From: Pseudobacteriovorax antillogorgiicola
GTDB taxonomy: Bacteria; Bdellovibrionota_B; Oligoflexia; Oligoflexales; RGVZ01
Direction of reading: 5' to 3'
DNA length: 64,000 bases
Assembly: GCA_945865565.1 (NCBI GenBank)
Contig: CAMBEK010000001.1
Coordinates: forward strand, 163,795 to 227,794
Each line of letters begins with the position of its first letter. Positions within the stretch are counted from its first letter, which is position 1. The translations under genes were made by a program, and so were the position numbers. Below are positions 1 to 10,455 of this stretch, in pieces. The notes under the pieces were generated by a model. The model searched no databases, was not told the DNA's origin, and was given only the letters and a program-made list of their open reading frames with translations.

Positions 1-938
<938 letters not shown>

Positions 939-1808
939 TCAGACCGCCTCGGCCCCACTCACAATCTCGATCAATTCTTTCGTGATCGCCGCCTGGCGTG
1001 CGCGGTTGTACTGCAAGGTAAGCTTGCGAATGTATTCTTTCGCATTCTTCGTTGCAGAATCCATGGCCGTCATGCGCGCACCGTGCTCTGAAGCGCCGCC
1101 TTCCAACAGGGCGCGGAACAGGGTGTTGATCACATACTTCCGCAGCATACTTTCCAAAACGCTGCGGGCATTGGGCTCAATGATGAAATTGAGCGTCTCG
1201 TGTTCATCATCCGAAATCTCCGGGGTCACCACTGGCAGCAGTTGTTTGACCCTCGGATTCTGAGTCATGACGCTTTTGAATTCAGGAAATATAAGAACAA
1301 CAGAGTCGTATTGACCCGAAGTAAAGACCGCGACAAGTTCATCTGAAATCGCTTTAGCCGAATTGTAATTCGGGCGCTCTAAAACCTTTTCGCGCTCTAA
1401 GATCGTTTTAAATCCAACCTTGCGACAAAATTGGGCGGCACGTTTACCAAGGGCTGCAAAGTGAACTTCACAGCCCTGGTCCGTGTTCTCTCGCGTGTAG
1501 CGCACGGCGGCTTTGAAAATATTTGTGTTCAAACTTCCGCACAGCCCCCGGTCCGTGGAAATAAGGGCGGCGAGTATTTTTTTCGGTTGCTCGGTGAAGC
1601 GAAGAAGTTCTATCCCCTCCAAGTTTTCAACACCAGCCGCCATACGACCAACGATGCGGTCAAACGCAATCCCGTAGGGTCTTGCTGCCAAAACTGCCTG
1701 GTTGGCGCGCGAAAACTTCGCCGCCGACACCAGTTTCATGGCGTGCGTGATCTTTTGTGTATTGCGAACGCTTTGAATGCGTCGCTTTGTATCCTTCAGG
1801 CTAGCCAT
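939..1808 (-). CDS. atpG: F1 ATP synthase gamma subunit
   Basis: The track ORF is 939..1919. The likely true start is the internal [31 protein letters not shown] (ATG at 1808), 4 nt after the atpA stop at 1801. The C-terminal end [27 protein letters not shown] is typical of gamma. Confidence 0.9.
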   Translation of the reverse strand: MASLKDTKRRIQSVRNTQKITHAMKLVSAAKFSRANQAVLAARPYGIAFDRIVGRMAAGVENLEGIELLRFTEQPKKILAALISTDRGLCGSLNTNIFKAAVRYTRENTDQGCEVHFAALGKRAAQFCRKVGFKTILEREKVLERPNYNSAKAISDELVAVFTSGQYDSVVLIFPEFKSVMTQNPRVKQLLPVVTPEISDDEHETLNFIIEPNARSVLESMLRKYVINTLFRALLEGGASEHGARMTAMDSATKNAKEYIRKLTLQYNRARQAAITKELIEIVSGAEAV

Positions 1809-3327
1809 GAGCTCTGAATCCCTTGTCGAACTCTTCGATGCCGCGGCGAAGGTCCGCGTCAACATCCGACAGTTTTGCGCGGTTTTTGATTTTATCGAGA
1901 ACGTGCTGATACTTTGCACGCAGGTGCTGAATCAAGCCAGCCTCCCACTCCTTGAGGTGTTCTGTTGGCTTTTGGTCAAGGTAGCCCTTGGTTGCGGCAA
2001 AAATGATTGCCACCTGAGAACCAACATCGATCGGTTGGTACTGGGCTTGTTTGAGAATCTCGACCAGGCGCTCGCCGCGAGCCAGAGTTTTCTGGGTCGT
2101 TGTGTCCAGATCGGAACCAAACTGGGCAAACGCGGCCAATTCGCGATACTGCGCAAGTTCAAGGCGCAAGCTACCGGCAACAGCCTTCATGGCAGGGACT
2201 TGTGCCGAACCACCCACACGGGAAACCGACAAGCCGGCGTTAATGGCTGGGCGGATGCCGCCAAAGAAAAGGTCTGACTCCAGGAAGATCTGACCATCTG
2301 TAATAGAAATCACGTTGGTCGGAATGTAGGCGGAAATGTCACCAGCCTGGGTTTCGATCACGGGGAATGCGGTGATCGAACCGCCACCTTTGGCATCGCT
2401 CAATTTACAAGAACGCTCGAGCAAACGGCTGTGCAGGTAAAAAACGTCGCCCGGGTAAGCTTCGCGGCCAGGAGGACGACGCAAAAGCAGGGAAAGTTCG
2501 CGGTATGCCGCCGCCTGTTTCGACAAGTCGTCGTAGAACACGACAACGTGCTCTCCACGATCACGGAAGTATTCGCCCATGGTGCAACCGGAGTACGGCG
2601 CAAGAAACTGCATTGGGGCCGGGTCAAGGGCGGTTGCGGCGACAACGATTGTATATTCCATGGCGCCGGCACGCTTAAGGCGGTCTACCACCTGGGCGAC
2701 GGTTGAGGCCTTCTGACCAATGGCGACGTAGATACAGACTACATCTTGGCCTTTTTGGTTCATGATTGTGTCAATGGCAATGGCGGTCTTGCCGGTTTGA
2801 CGATCACCGATGATGAGCTCACGCTGCCCACGGCCGATCGGGGTCATGGCATCAATGGCTTTTAAGCCCGTCTGAAGCGGCTCGTGGACGGACTTGCGGT
2901 CAATGATGCCAGGCGCCTTCACTTCAACAATCCCGCGGCCATCGGACTGAATTGGGCCCAGGCCGTCGATTGGGTTGCCAAGGGCGTCAACGACGCGACC
3001 AAGCAGGCCACGGCCAACCGGAACGCTGTTGATTTCTTTTAGGCGTTTTACGGTTTCGCCCTCTTGGATTCCGTTGGTGGATCCAAAGATGGCAACGCCC
3101 ACGTTGTCTTCTTCAAGATTCAAGACCAGGCCTCTGGTCCCGTTGGCAAACTCAACCAGCTCGCCCGACATCGCGCCCTCAAGGCCGTAGATCCGGGCGA
3201 TGCCGTCGCCTACCGTCAAGACCGTGCCGGTTTCTTGAAGTTCTATGGCTTCGCCGTAATTCTTGATGCGGTCACTGATGATTTTGCTGACTTCTTCAAC
3301 TCTGATCTTCTGAATGGTCACGGTCAC
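1801..3327 (-). CDS. atpA: F1 ATP synthase alpha subunit
   Basis: 508 aa. It has [15 protein letters not shown] (Walker A) and alpha-specific blocks, and sits between atpH and atpG. Confidence 0.97.
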   Translation of the reverse strand: MTVTIQKIRVEEVSKIISDRIKNYGEAIELQETGTVLTVGDGIARIYGLEGAMSGELVEFANGTRGLVLNLEEDNVGVAIFGSTNGIQEGETVKRLKEINSVPVGRGLLGRVVDALGNPIDGLGPIQSDGRGIVEVKAPGIIDRKSVHEPLQTGLKAIDAMTPIGRGQRELIIGDRQTGKTAIAIDTIMNQKGQDVVCIYVAIGQKASTVAQVVDRLKRAGAMEYTIVVAATALDPAPMQFLAPYSGCTMGEYFRDRGEHVVVFYDDLSKQAAAYRELSLLLRRPPGREAYPGDVFYLHSRLLERSCKLSDAKGGGSITAFPVIETQAGDISAYIPTNVISITDGQIFLESDLFFGGIRPAINAGLSVSRVGGSAQVPAMKAVAGSLRLELAQYRELAAFAQFGSDLDTTTQKTLARGERLVEILKQAQYQPIDVGSQVAIIFAATKGYLDQKPTEHLKEWEAGLIQHLRAKYQHVLDKIKNRAKLSDVDADLRRGIEEFDKGFRAHG

Positions 3328-3341
3328 TGCCTCCTGGTGCG

Positions 3342-3881
3342 CTATAGGGCTGCGCTCTTGCTGAGCGCGTCAAGTTTTGTTTTTAGACTCATATCGATCA
3401 TGCGGTTTCCAAAACGAACCACAAATCCACCCAGCAGTTCGGGATCGATTTGCTGGGACATTTGAATTTTTGTCTTCAGAATCCGTTCAAGAGATGAAGC
3501 CAGATTTGCAATAATCGCCGGGTCTACCGTCATTGCAGTGATGACATTGGCATCGGTTACCCCTGCCGCTTCATTGAGAATCCGCGTAAATGAATCCACG
3601 AACGTCGGATAGATATCGACCCGGCCCGCGGTGACAAGTTCCCCGATAAACGCGCGCAGGATATCTGATCCATTGGCGGCAGTGAGCGCCGCGTCAAAAA
3701 GTTTTTTCTTCAAGTCCTGTGGCATCACAGGGCTCCTCAAAACCTTGGCGGCGGGCTCGATGTCAAATAGAGCTCTGGCCGTTTGTAGCTGCTCCAAACA
3801 GACTTTAGTATTTTTTGGGTCCGTACCAATCAGGCGGTAAAGGGCCTTCGCGTAACGATTTGCTATTCGGGTGGCGCTCAT
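3342..3881 (-). CDS. atpH: ATP synthase delta (OSCP) subunit
   Basis: 179 aa. It starts ...[10 protein letters not shown], the typical OSCP N-terminus, and lies between the b subunits and alpha. Confidence 0.85.
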   Translation of the reverse strand: MSATRIANRYAKALYRLIGTDPKNTKVCLEQLQTARALFDIEPAAKVLRSPVMPQDLKKKLFDAALTAANGSDILRAFIGELVTAGRVDIYPTFVDSFTRILNEAAGVTDANVITAMTVDPAIIANLASSLERILKTKIQMSQQIDPELLGGFVVRFGNRMIDMSLKTKLDALSKSAAL

Positions 3882-3899
3882 TCGAAAATCTCCCGCAAC

Positions 3900-4394
3900 T
3901 CAGACCGTAAGTTCACCGAGGTTGCCAACTTTTTTCTGTATCATGGCCGCGTGGTCCGCCGGCTTTAGGTCTTGCTTGATTTTGGTGACTACGGCTTCAC
4001 GAACCTGAGCGACTATCTCGGCCTTTAAAATATTCTTGGCCCGGTCAACTTCGGCGTCTGCCATTCGACGTGCGTCTTCGATCAGATTTCTCGCAAGGTT
4101 TTCTGCGTCTGCCACCATGCGCTGTGCATCTTTTTCCGCGGCCTGCGCAGCGTCATTCTTGATTGCCTGAACTTCATCGCCAAGCTGGCGCAAACGTTGC
4201 GTCAATTCCTTGTTTTTGCGGAGGGCTTCGTCTTTTATCTTTGTGGCTTCCTGAATCGCCCGCTCAAATTCTTTACGGCGATTCTGGGCCATTGCGGTCA
4301 GGGGTTTGCGAAAGAAATAAATGCACAGCCCAAGAAAGAGTGCGAAATTAAAGTAAGGAAGGATAATTCCTGTGATGAGATTTACGTTTTCCAT
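3900..4394 (-). CDS. atpF: ATP synthase F0 subunit b
   Basis: 164 aa with one N-terminal TM (ILPYFNFALFLGLCIYFF) followed by a long charged helix rich in A/E/K/R. The operon position fits. Confidence 0.8.
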   Translation of the reverse strand: MENVNLITGIILPYFNFALFLGLCIYFFRKPLTAMAQNRRKEFERAIQEATKIKDEALRKNKELTQRLRQLGDEVQAIKNDAAQAAEKDAQRMVADAENLARNLIEDARRMADAEVDRAKNILKAEIVAQVREAVVTKIKQDLKPADHAAMIQKKVGNLGELTV

Positions 4395-4427
4395 GTCCGC
4401 CTCAATAAACTAAAAATTCTGTCAAAT

Positions 4428-4865
4428 TCAGTCGTTAGTCGTGGTCGCAGCAAAGAGCTCTGTCGTCAAATCAGAAACACATTTAGGCAAAAAAGCACGT
4501 TGCTCCGCGACTTCGTTTTTTACGCGCGTCGCGACGGCTTCCACTTCGCCTCTCGCTTTTTCTTCTGCGGCACGGATGATGTCTGTGCGCCGTTGGGTCG
4601 CCGTTGCCTTGACGGCCTCGCGGTGGGACGCGGCCGATGACGCGGCTTCTTCGATGCTTCCCTGCACCTTGCGCGCGATCTCATCGCACTCAAAGAGGAG
4701 GCGCGCGGCATCCGCGTGACTTCCAGTTGTGAGGGAGTCGCGATTTGCGCGCAGCCTCAGGTATGGCTCAAGATAAAGTTTTTTCACGATGGCCATGTTG
4801 ACTAAGAACAAGCCAACTTGAACGCCTACCACTGCAGGATCTGGAGCAAGATTTAAATGTGCCAT
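4428..4865 (-). CDS. atpF2: ATP synthase F0 subunit b' (second b-type subunit)
   Basis: The track ORF is 4428..4904 (GTG start). ATG at 4865 gives MAHLNLAPDPAVVGVQVGLFLVNMAIVKKLYLEPYLRLRANR, then a charged helix. It lies directly upstream of atpF. Confidence 0.65.
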   Translation of the reverse strand: MAHLNLAPDPAVVGVQVGLFLVNMAIVKKLYLEPYLRLRANRDSLTTGSHADAARLLFECDEIARKVQGSIEEAASSAASHREAVKATATQRRTDIIRAAEEKARGEVEAVATRVKNEVAEQRAFLPKCVSDLTTELFAATTTND

Positions 4866-4989
4866 AAGAGCACCTGATTTCCCGGGTTTAACTGGAAGAG
4901 TCACGATTAACGTGCGCCTGCGTTTTACCTAAGAAGCGCCGAAGGCTCAAGGCAAATCAGCGCATCAACCTACGCCGTCTTTGCCGCCG

Positions 4990-5928
4990 CTACTTCTCGC
5001 CAAGGATTGCCAAGAGGCGCTCGAGTTCTTGTGCGGAAAAATAAGAAATTTCAATCTTCCCGCGGACGCCGTTGCCTAAAATCTTCACCTTGGTGCGAAG
5101 TTTAGACTTCAGGTTATCGGAAAGGTATTCCAAGTCCGCCTGATTCTTTGGCCCGCGAGGACGCTCTGAAAGATCCCCTCCCCGCTTCATCGCCCGGCAC
5201 AGCTGCTCTGTCTGACGCACGCTCATCTGTTTTTTGATGACGCTGTCCCTAGCGCGAAGGATCAATTTTTTATCTTCCAAAGACAGGAGCGCCCGGCCGT
5301 GGCCCATCGTCAAGCGGTCTTCAAGCAGATCGTCCTGGAGCTCCTTTGGCAAAACAAGCAGGCGAAGGGCGTTAGTCACCGAAGTCCGGTCTTTTCCAAC
5401 CCGGTCGGCACACTGCTCCTGCGTCAATCCATAATCCTTGATGAGGGCCTGATAGGCCTCAGCTTCTTCAATGATATTAAGGTCTTGCCTTTGAATATTC
5501 TCGATTAGGGCGAGCCTTAACAGGTCGTCTGCGGCCCCCTCCTTCACGATGACCGGCACCACCTTTAGGCCGGCCAACTGGGATGCCCGCCAGCGCCGCT
5601 CTCCAGCAACGATCATGTAACGCCCTGGGGTTTCCTCTAAGCGAGAAACAACGATCGGCTGCAAAAAACCATCTTGGCGCAGGCTGGCGGCGAGATCGCC
5701 AAGAGCTTTTTCTTCGAAAAGCTTTCTTGGCTGTGCCGGATTCGGCTCAATTTGTAAAACATCTACATAAAGCATCCCGCCCGTATCGGGGTGGGTCGCG
5801 CCAGGCTTTGTGTTTGCAACTGGATCAACAATGTTGGAATTGGTATTTTCCGAAAAATCACCCAAAAGTGATGTGATTCCTTTACCTAATGCGCCTCGGC
5901 GCTGAGGACGATCTCCAACGACGCTCAT
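4990..5928 (-). CDS. parB: Chromosome partitioning protein ParB (Spo0J)
   Basis: 312 aa. It has [10 protein letters not shown], the ParB box [10 protein letters not shown], and the HTH region [24 protein letters not shown]. Its start overlaps the parA stop by 4 nt. Confidence 0.94.
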   Translation of the reverse strand: MSVVGDRPQRRGALGKGITSLLGDFSENTNSNIVDPVANTKPGATHPDTGGMLYVDVLQIEPNPAQPRKLFEEKALGDLAASLRQDGFLQPIVVSRLEETPGRYMIVAGERRWRASQLAGLKVVPVIVKEGAADDLLRLALIENIQRQDLNIIEEAEAYQALIKDYGLTQEQCADRVGKDRTSVTNALRLLVLPKELQDDLLEDRLTMGHGRALLSLEDKKLILRARDSVIKKQMSVRQTEQLCRAMKRGGDLSERPRGPKNQADLEYLSDNLKSKLRTKVKILGNGVRGKIEISYFSAQELERLLAILGEK

Positions 5929-6755
5929 AACTCACCTCCGATATTCTGTGGGCGGCCAGCCAATGGCGCACCCGATATTCGGGAATCCGAGGCCGGCATT
6001 CTTTTAATCAGCTCGCTTGCGACTTCCATGTAAGCCTGGGCCCCCGCGCTGTTGATGTCGTACAGGATCGCCGGCTTCCCGTGGGACGGCGCCTCTGAAA
6101 GCTTTACGTTTCTTGGTATTACGGTCGTAAAGACTTCGGACTCAAAGTGGCCACGAATATCCTGTTCTACCTGAAAGCTGAGATTATTACGGCGGTCGTA
6201 CATCGTAAGAAGGATGCCTTCTCGCTGGAGGTCGGGGTTCAATCTTTTTTTAATTAAGGCGATGGTCTTGAGCAGTTGAGACAGACCCTCCATCGCATAA
6301 TACTCACATTGCAACGGCACCAAGACAGAGTCGGCGGCAGTAAGAGCATTAACCGTCAGGATTCCCAAGGCGGGCGGGCAGTCAATGACAATGAAATCGT
6401 ATTGGCCGGCGACCGCTTGCAGAGCCTCCTTCAGACGAACCTCCCTCCCCATCGCGGTGACCAACTCGATCTCCGCGCCGATTAGATCCTGATTCGCCGG
6501 AGCAAGGTCCAGACACTTAAGCTCCGTGCTCAAAATAATTCCCTTAATCGGAAGTTCATCGACAAGGACGTTGTACATGCTCTCAGTTATTTCGCCAGAA
6601 ACAAAACCTAAGCCGCTCACGGCGTTTGCCTGCGGGTCCAAGTCTACTAGAAGGACCTTTTTCTCCGCTGCGGCGAGGCATGCTGCCAGATTAACGGCTG
6701 TGGTGGTTTTTCCAACACCGCCCTTTTGATTTGATATCGCTATGATACGTGCCAT
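5925..6755 (-). CDS. parA: Chromosome partitioning ATPase ParA (Soj)
   Basis: 276 aa. It has [25 protein letters not shown] (deviant Walker A) and DCPPALG. Confidence 0.94.
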   Translation of the reverse strand: MARIIAISNQKGGVGKTTTAVNLAACLAAAEKKVLLVDLDPQANAVSGLGFVSGEITESMYNVLVDELPIKGIILSTELKCLDLAPANQDLIGAEIELVTAMGREVRLKEALQAVAGQYDFIVIDCPPALGILTVNALTAADSVLVPLQCEYYAMEGLSQLLKTIALIKKRLNPDLQREGILLTMYDRRNNLSFQVEQDIRGHFESEVFTTVIPRNVKLSEAPSHGKPAILYDINSAGAQAYMEVASELIKRMPASDSRISGAPLAGRPQNIGGEL

Positions 6756-6822
6756 TTGCGTCCGCCTTGATGAAACCTGGAATTTGATCGAAGACTACAG
6801 GAGCAGGTCTATTGGAGCAAGA

Positions 6823-6838
6823 TGTTCCACGTGGAACA
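6823..6838. promoter_or_regulatory. parS: parS site 1 (perfect 16-bp palindrome TGTTCCACGTGGAACA)
   Basis: Read directly from the sequence. It fits the canonical parS pattern TGTTNCACGTGAAACA and lies 68 bp upstream of the parA start. Confidence 0.85.
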
Positions 6839-6865
6839 TATTTGAAAACCAACAATCCCACCAAA

Positions 6866-6881
6866 TGTTTCACGTGGAACA
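6866..6881. promoter_or_regulatory. parS: parS site 2 (TGTTTCACGTGGAACA)
   Basis: Read directly from the sequence. It differs from site 1 by one base and starts 43 bp after site 1. Confidence 0.85.
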
Positions 6882-6907
6882 TCTTCGAAAATCAGTGATT
6901 CGACCAA

Positions 6908-6923
6908 TGTTCCACGTGGAACA
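6908..6923. promoter_or_regulatory. parS: parS site 3 (TGTTCCACGTGGAACA)
   Basis: Read directly from the sequence. It is identical to site 1 and starts 42 bp after site 2. Confidence 0.85.
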
Positions 6924-6933
6924 TTCCAGCCAC

Positions 6934-6962
6934 AAAAAAGAAAAGGGCCGCCGAAGCGACCC
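6934..6962 (-). terminator. Rho-independent terminator downstream of atpE
   Basis: The minus strand reads GGGTCGC-TTCG-GCGGCCC (7-bp stem including one G-U pair, TTCG tetraloop), followed by TTTTCTTTTTTG. It starts about 30 nt after the atpE stop. Confidence 0.75.
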
Positions 6963-6992
6963 TCCCAGAATTCAAAAAACAACGGGTTCTGA

Positions 6993-7307
6993 TTACTTGT
7001 TGAACCAGAGAAATGCGACGATGAAGCCCATCAAAGCTTGGAATTCCATGAATACCAGACCAAGAATCATCGGCATGAAAACCTGATCACGGCAATTCGG
7101 ATTGCGAGCAATCCCTTCCAGAGCAGAGCTAACCGCTTTACCCTGAGCCGTTGCCGCACCAAAAGCAGCCACACCAATGGCTAAACAGGAGGCCAAGGCC
7201 ACCAAACCATTGTTCGTGGAAGCCGCCGCTTCAACGCCCTCAGCAAAAGCCGAGTTCGCAACCAGCAAACCACTCAACGCCGCACCGACAGAAATCACCT
7301 TTTTCAT
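6993..7307 (-). CDS. atpE: ATP synthase F0 subunit c with a signal-peptide-like N-terminal extension
   Basis: The track ORF is 6993..7349; the likely start is MKKVISVGAALSGLLVANSAFAEG (ATG 7307). The core AIGVAAFGAATAQGKAVSSALEGIARNP...ILGLVFMEFQALMGFIVAF is a c-subunit hairpin with the membrane-embedded Glu. Confidence 0.88.
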   Translation of the reverse strand: MKKVISVGAALSGLLVANSAFAEGVEAAASTNNGLVALASCLAIGVAAFGAATAQGKAVSSALEGIARNPNCRDQVFMPMILGLVFMEFQALMGFIVAFLWFNK

Positions 7308-7350
7308 CAAAAAACCCTCAAAAAAGATGCGACACACACTAAAAACCATC

Positions 7351-8148
7351 TCAATGGTCGTGCGAAATCGCCATGGAAATATAAATGCTAGTCAACAACG
7401 TAAACACAAAACTTTGCATCCCCGCGACAAGCAAACCGAAAAACATCAAAAGAGACGGGGCGATCACATAGGTCAAACCAGTAAACACAGATAAAATCAG
7501 GTGGTCTGCAAAAATATTCCCAGCCAGACGAAGACTGAGAGAAAACGGCCGCGAAAGGTGGCTCACCATTTCAATAAAGACAAATAGCGGACCGATTGCG
7601 GAAACGGGCCCCCAGAACTGCTTCAAGTAACCAAAACCGTGCTCACGAAAACCGGCCAAATTATAAACCGCAAAAACGATCAAACCCATCGCCAGATTCG
7701 AGCTGATATCGAGGGTTGCGGGAGTAAAACCTGGAACCAACCCCGACAGATTCCCCACTAAAATCACCAGGAAAAGCGTCGCTAATAGAGGGAGAAACCC
7801 CCTAAAATCATGTCCGCAATTATCTTTCGCCAAGTTGTAAACGAAATCTAGAATCGTCTCAACCAAACCTCTCAGCGAGAAGCGGTGGTCTGGAACCAAA
7901 TCATCGCCTGACAGGGAAATCTTCTTGGAGAAATAAAGCCCCAGCACCAACAAAAGAACCGTCACAATGGCAGTGCTCGCAACCGGAGCAAACCGATGGG
8001 CCATCGTCTCACTCAAACCAATTGAATGAAGAAAGAACGGGTACCACTCGACTATCTGTGGACCACCCGATCCGAATGCGGGCGCGCTGAATAGCGAGGC
8101 AACAGCTGCGCCGCTTAACAAAGCTGAAAACTTACTAAAAGCCTTCAT
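7351..8148 (-). CDS. atpB: ATP synthase F0 subunit a
   Basis: The track ORF is 7351..8190; the internal start MKAFSKF (8148) is plausible. It is polytopic and has LSLRLAGNIFADHL, which carries the conserved stator Arg. Confidence 0.9.
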   Translation of the reverse strand: MKAFSKFSALLSGAAVASLFSAPAFGSGGPQIVEWYPFFLHSIGLSETMAHRFAPVASTAIVTVLLLVLGLYFSKKISLSGDDLVPDHRFSLRGLVETILDFVYNLAKDNCGHDFRGFLPLLATLFLVILVGNLSGLVPGFTPATLDISSNLAMGLIVFAVYNLAGFREHGFGYLKQFWGPVSAIGPLFVFIEMVSHLSRPFSLSLRLAGNIFADHLILSVFTGLTYVIAPSLLMFFGLLVAGMQSFVFTLLTSIYISMAISHDH

Positions 8149-8204
8149 AAAACCCCTAAAAGACCCTTGGGACGCGCGAAGATAAAACAAATCAAAAAGT
8201 CTGC

Positions 8205-8576
8205 CTAGTCATTTTTCTTCTTTTTTTGCGACCTAAAACGGGGGCCTAAAACGCTAACCAAAACCAAGGCACCTAGGCCCACAAAAAGTCCCGCAGCAAA
8301 GGCTAAAAGAGGTAATCGCCAAACGACCAAAATCCAATAGACGGCGGCGCCGGCCCCAAATGTTTTGAGAACCAAAGGCACCAACAACATAGCCAGTCGC
8401 CAGGGTCCCAGCTTGGGCGCCGCCACTTCTGGGGATGCCTTCGGACTGGGCGTGGCCAAAAGGTGACGCACCTGAAAAACAGCAACTAAACATATTCCAG
8501 AAAAAAGCAACAACCCCGACACAAAACCAAGCCACCAAACCCGATCAAACACCATTGCCCTTACCCCGTTCACCAT
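8205..8576 (-). CDS. atpI: Small polytopic membrane protein, probable ATP synthase protein I (AtpI)
   Basis: 123 aa with about 4 TM segments, immediately upstream of atpB. The call rests on position and topology only. Confidence 0.5.
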   Translation of the reverse strand: MVNGVRAMVFDRVWWLGFVSGLLLFSGICLVAVFQVRHLLATPSPKASPEVAAPKLGPWRLAMLLVPLVLKTFGAGAAVYWILVVWRLPLLAFAAGLFVGLGALVLVSVLGPRFRSQKKKKND

Positions 8577-8793
8577 CCTCGGACTTCTCCATCCGTATCA
8601 CAGCGCGAAGCACCACATAGAATGTATGAGCTATGAGAAGCAGACTGAAGGGCATTGTGATGTTGATCCACCTGAAGTCCTGGGGATAATTTCCATCCAA
8701 CCATTTCCCGCCAATGGCCGCTCCAATAACCAATGCAACAGCCTCAAAACTGGCGCCCATCAAATAACTCAACCCACGGGCCATCTTATTCAT
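8545..8793 (-). CDS. atpZ: AtpZ/ATPase-gene-1 family small membrane protein
   Basis: 82 aa. GLSYLMGASFEAVALVIGAAIGGKWLDGNY resembles the AtpZ pattern (G-rich TM followed by W/Y-LD). It is the first gene of the F0 unit. Confidence 0.5.
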   Translation of the reverse strand: MNKMARGLSYLMGASFEAVALVIGAAIGGKWLDGNYPQDFRWINITMPFSLLLIAHTFYVVLRAVIRMEKSEDGERGKGNGV

Positions 8794-8836
8794 GTTGCTT
8801 CACCAGCATTTAATATTGAGCTCCATAAAAACCGAC

Positions 8837-8845
8837 TGTGGATAA
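8837..8845. promoter_or_regulatory. Perfect DnaA box (TGTGGATAA = complement of TTATCCACA) upstream of dnaA
   Basis: Read directly from the sequence. It is followed by a ~60-bp very AT-rich stretch (ttttaaaagacaaataaaaaacataagtttatgaatttattagattttt). Confidence 0.7.
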
Positions 8846-8985
8846 CCATCATTTTAAAAGACAAATAAAAAACATAAGTTTATGAATTTATTAGATTTTT
8901 CTTTCATAAACCACCTTGCTCAAAAAACTCGCCTTGTGCTAGCCTGCCGGCAGACACATGAATCCAAACAGATCGGACCTCGACC

Positions 8986-10455
8986 GTGACAAGTTCAGAA
9001 CAAATCTGGCAATCGATCAAGTCATACCTCAAAAGCAACCTGGATGATTCGCTCTTTCAAGAATGGATCGAGCCTCTAACGTTGGATATGCCTAATTGCA
9101 CACCAAACACCATCACCCTCAAACTCCCCAACCTGGTCTACTATCAGGGCCTACAGAATGAATTCAGTCCACACTTCCAGGCTGCTAAAGAGGCGCTGGG
9201 ATACCAACTGATCGACATTCGTTTCCAAGTTAACGAACACTCTACAATCCCCTCGATCGAGCTCGACGGGCCAAACGGACTTGCCATTGAACCTTTCGAA
9301 ATGTTTCCCGAAGAGCCGGAAGGTCAACTGAACGACGAATACAGACACGGCCGCAAATCCGAATATGTCCAGACACCCACGTCGCCCACAAGCAAATCAC
9401 CATCGGGATTTTCACGTTCCCTGAGCCGCGAAGTTGGCCTTAAACATGAATACACGTTTGAAAACTTCGTCCGCGGTACCAGCAACCAGTTTGCCATGGC
9501 AACCTGTATGAGCGTGGCCGACAACCCGGGTGCAGCATACAACCCCCTGTTTATCTACGGAAGCACCGGACTCGGCAAAACCCACTTGCTGCACGCCGTC
9601 GGAAACCGTGTGCTGCAAAAAAATAAACAGGCTGTCGTGACCTACATCTCAAGTGAAAACTTCATGAACGAGATGATCTACTGCCTGCGCCACAACAAGA
9701 TGTGGGAGTTCCGCCAAAAATATCGCTTTTGCGACGTATTAATGATCGATGACGTTCAGTTTATCGCGAACAAAAAGGCAACCCAGGAAGAATTCTTTCA
9801 CACGTTCAATACCCTTTACGCCGCGAAAAAACAGATCGTAATCACCTCGGACCTCTTCCCCCAGGACATCCCCGACATCGAAGATCGGTTGCGCAACCGG
9901 TTCCAGTGGGGCTTGATCGCCGACATTCAGCCGCCAGATGTTGAGCATCGCATTGCCATCCTCAACAAGAAGGCCGAACAACTCGGTGTAAAGCTCGACG
10001 ATGACGTTTCGGAATACATCGCAAAACACGCCAAACGAAACATTCGCGAACTCGAGGGGGCCCTTCACCGAATCCACGCCTACTCGAAACTCCATGCGAG
10101 ATCCTTATCCATGGATCTCGCACTGGAGACCTTCAAGGACGTACTTGGAGAGCCACCAAAAAGGCTAACCGTAGAACACGTTCAAAAGGCCGTCGCCGAT
10201 CACTTTAAACTCAAAATCGCGGACTTGAAATCCAAGCGCCGGCAGCGGGCAGTTGCCTATCCAAGGCAAGTTGCCATGTACCTGGCTCGTAAAATGACCG
10301 GTGCGTCATTTCCAGAAATCGGTGACCGTTTTGGTGGTAAAGATCACACGACGGTGATGCACAATGTGCGCAAAATCGAGGACTCCCTGTTAAAGGACCT
10401 TGATTTGAAGGCTCACGTCGAATCTCTCGAACGCCAATTAGAACAATCACACTAA
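8986..10455 (+). CDS. dnaA: Chromosomal replication initiator DnaA
   Basis: 489 aa with a GTG start. It has FIYGSTGLGKTHLLHAVGN (AAA+ Walker A), the sensor motifs, and the C-terminal DNA-binding block FGGKDHTTVMHNVRKI. Confidence 0.97.
   Translation: MTSSEQIWQSIKSYLKSNLDDSLFQEWIEPLTLDMPNCTPNTITLKLPNLVYYQGLQNEFSPHFQAAKEALGYQLIDIRFQVNEHSTIPSIELDGPNGLAIEPFEMFPEEPEGQLNDEYRHGRKSEYVQTPTSPTSKSPSGFSRSLSREVGLKHEYTFENFVRGTSNQFAMATCMSVADNPGAAYNPLFIYGSTGLGKTHLLHAVGNRVLQKNKQAVVTYISSENFMNEMIYCLRHNKMWEFRQKYRFCDVLMIDDVQFIANKKATQEEFFHTFNTLYAAKKQIVITSDLFPQDIPDIEDRLRNRFQWGLIADIQPPDVEHRIAILNKKAEQLGVKLDDDVSEYIAKHAKRNIRELEGALHRIHAYSKLHARSLSMDLALETFKDVLGEPPKRLTVEHVQKAVADHFKLKIADLKSKRRQRAVAYPRQVAMYLARKMTGASFPEIGDRFGGKDHTTVMHNVRKIEDSLLKDLDLKAHVESLERQLEQSH

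Noticed and set aside
1808-1919. 37-codon N-terminal extension of the atpG track ORF ([12 protein letters not shown]...)
   Set aside because: The extension overlaps the 3' end of atpA. The conserved gamma N-terminus, [11 protein letters not shown], starts at ATG 1808, just after the atpA stop.
6742-7086. 114-aa plus-strand ORF with repeated MFHVEH peptides
   Set aside because: The repeated peptide is just the translation of the three parS palindromes. The ORF spans an intergenic region plus the antisense strand of atpE.
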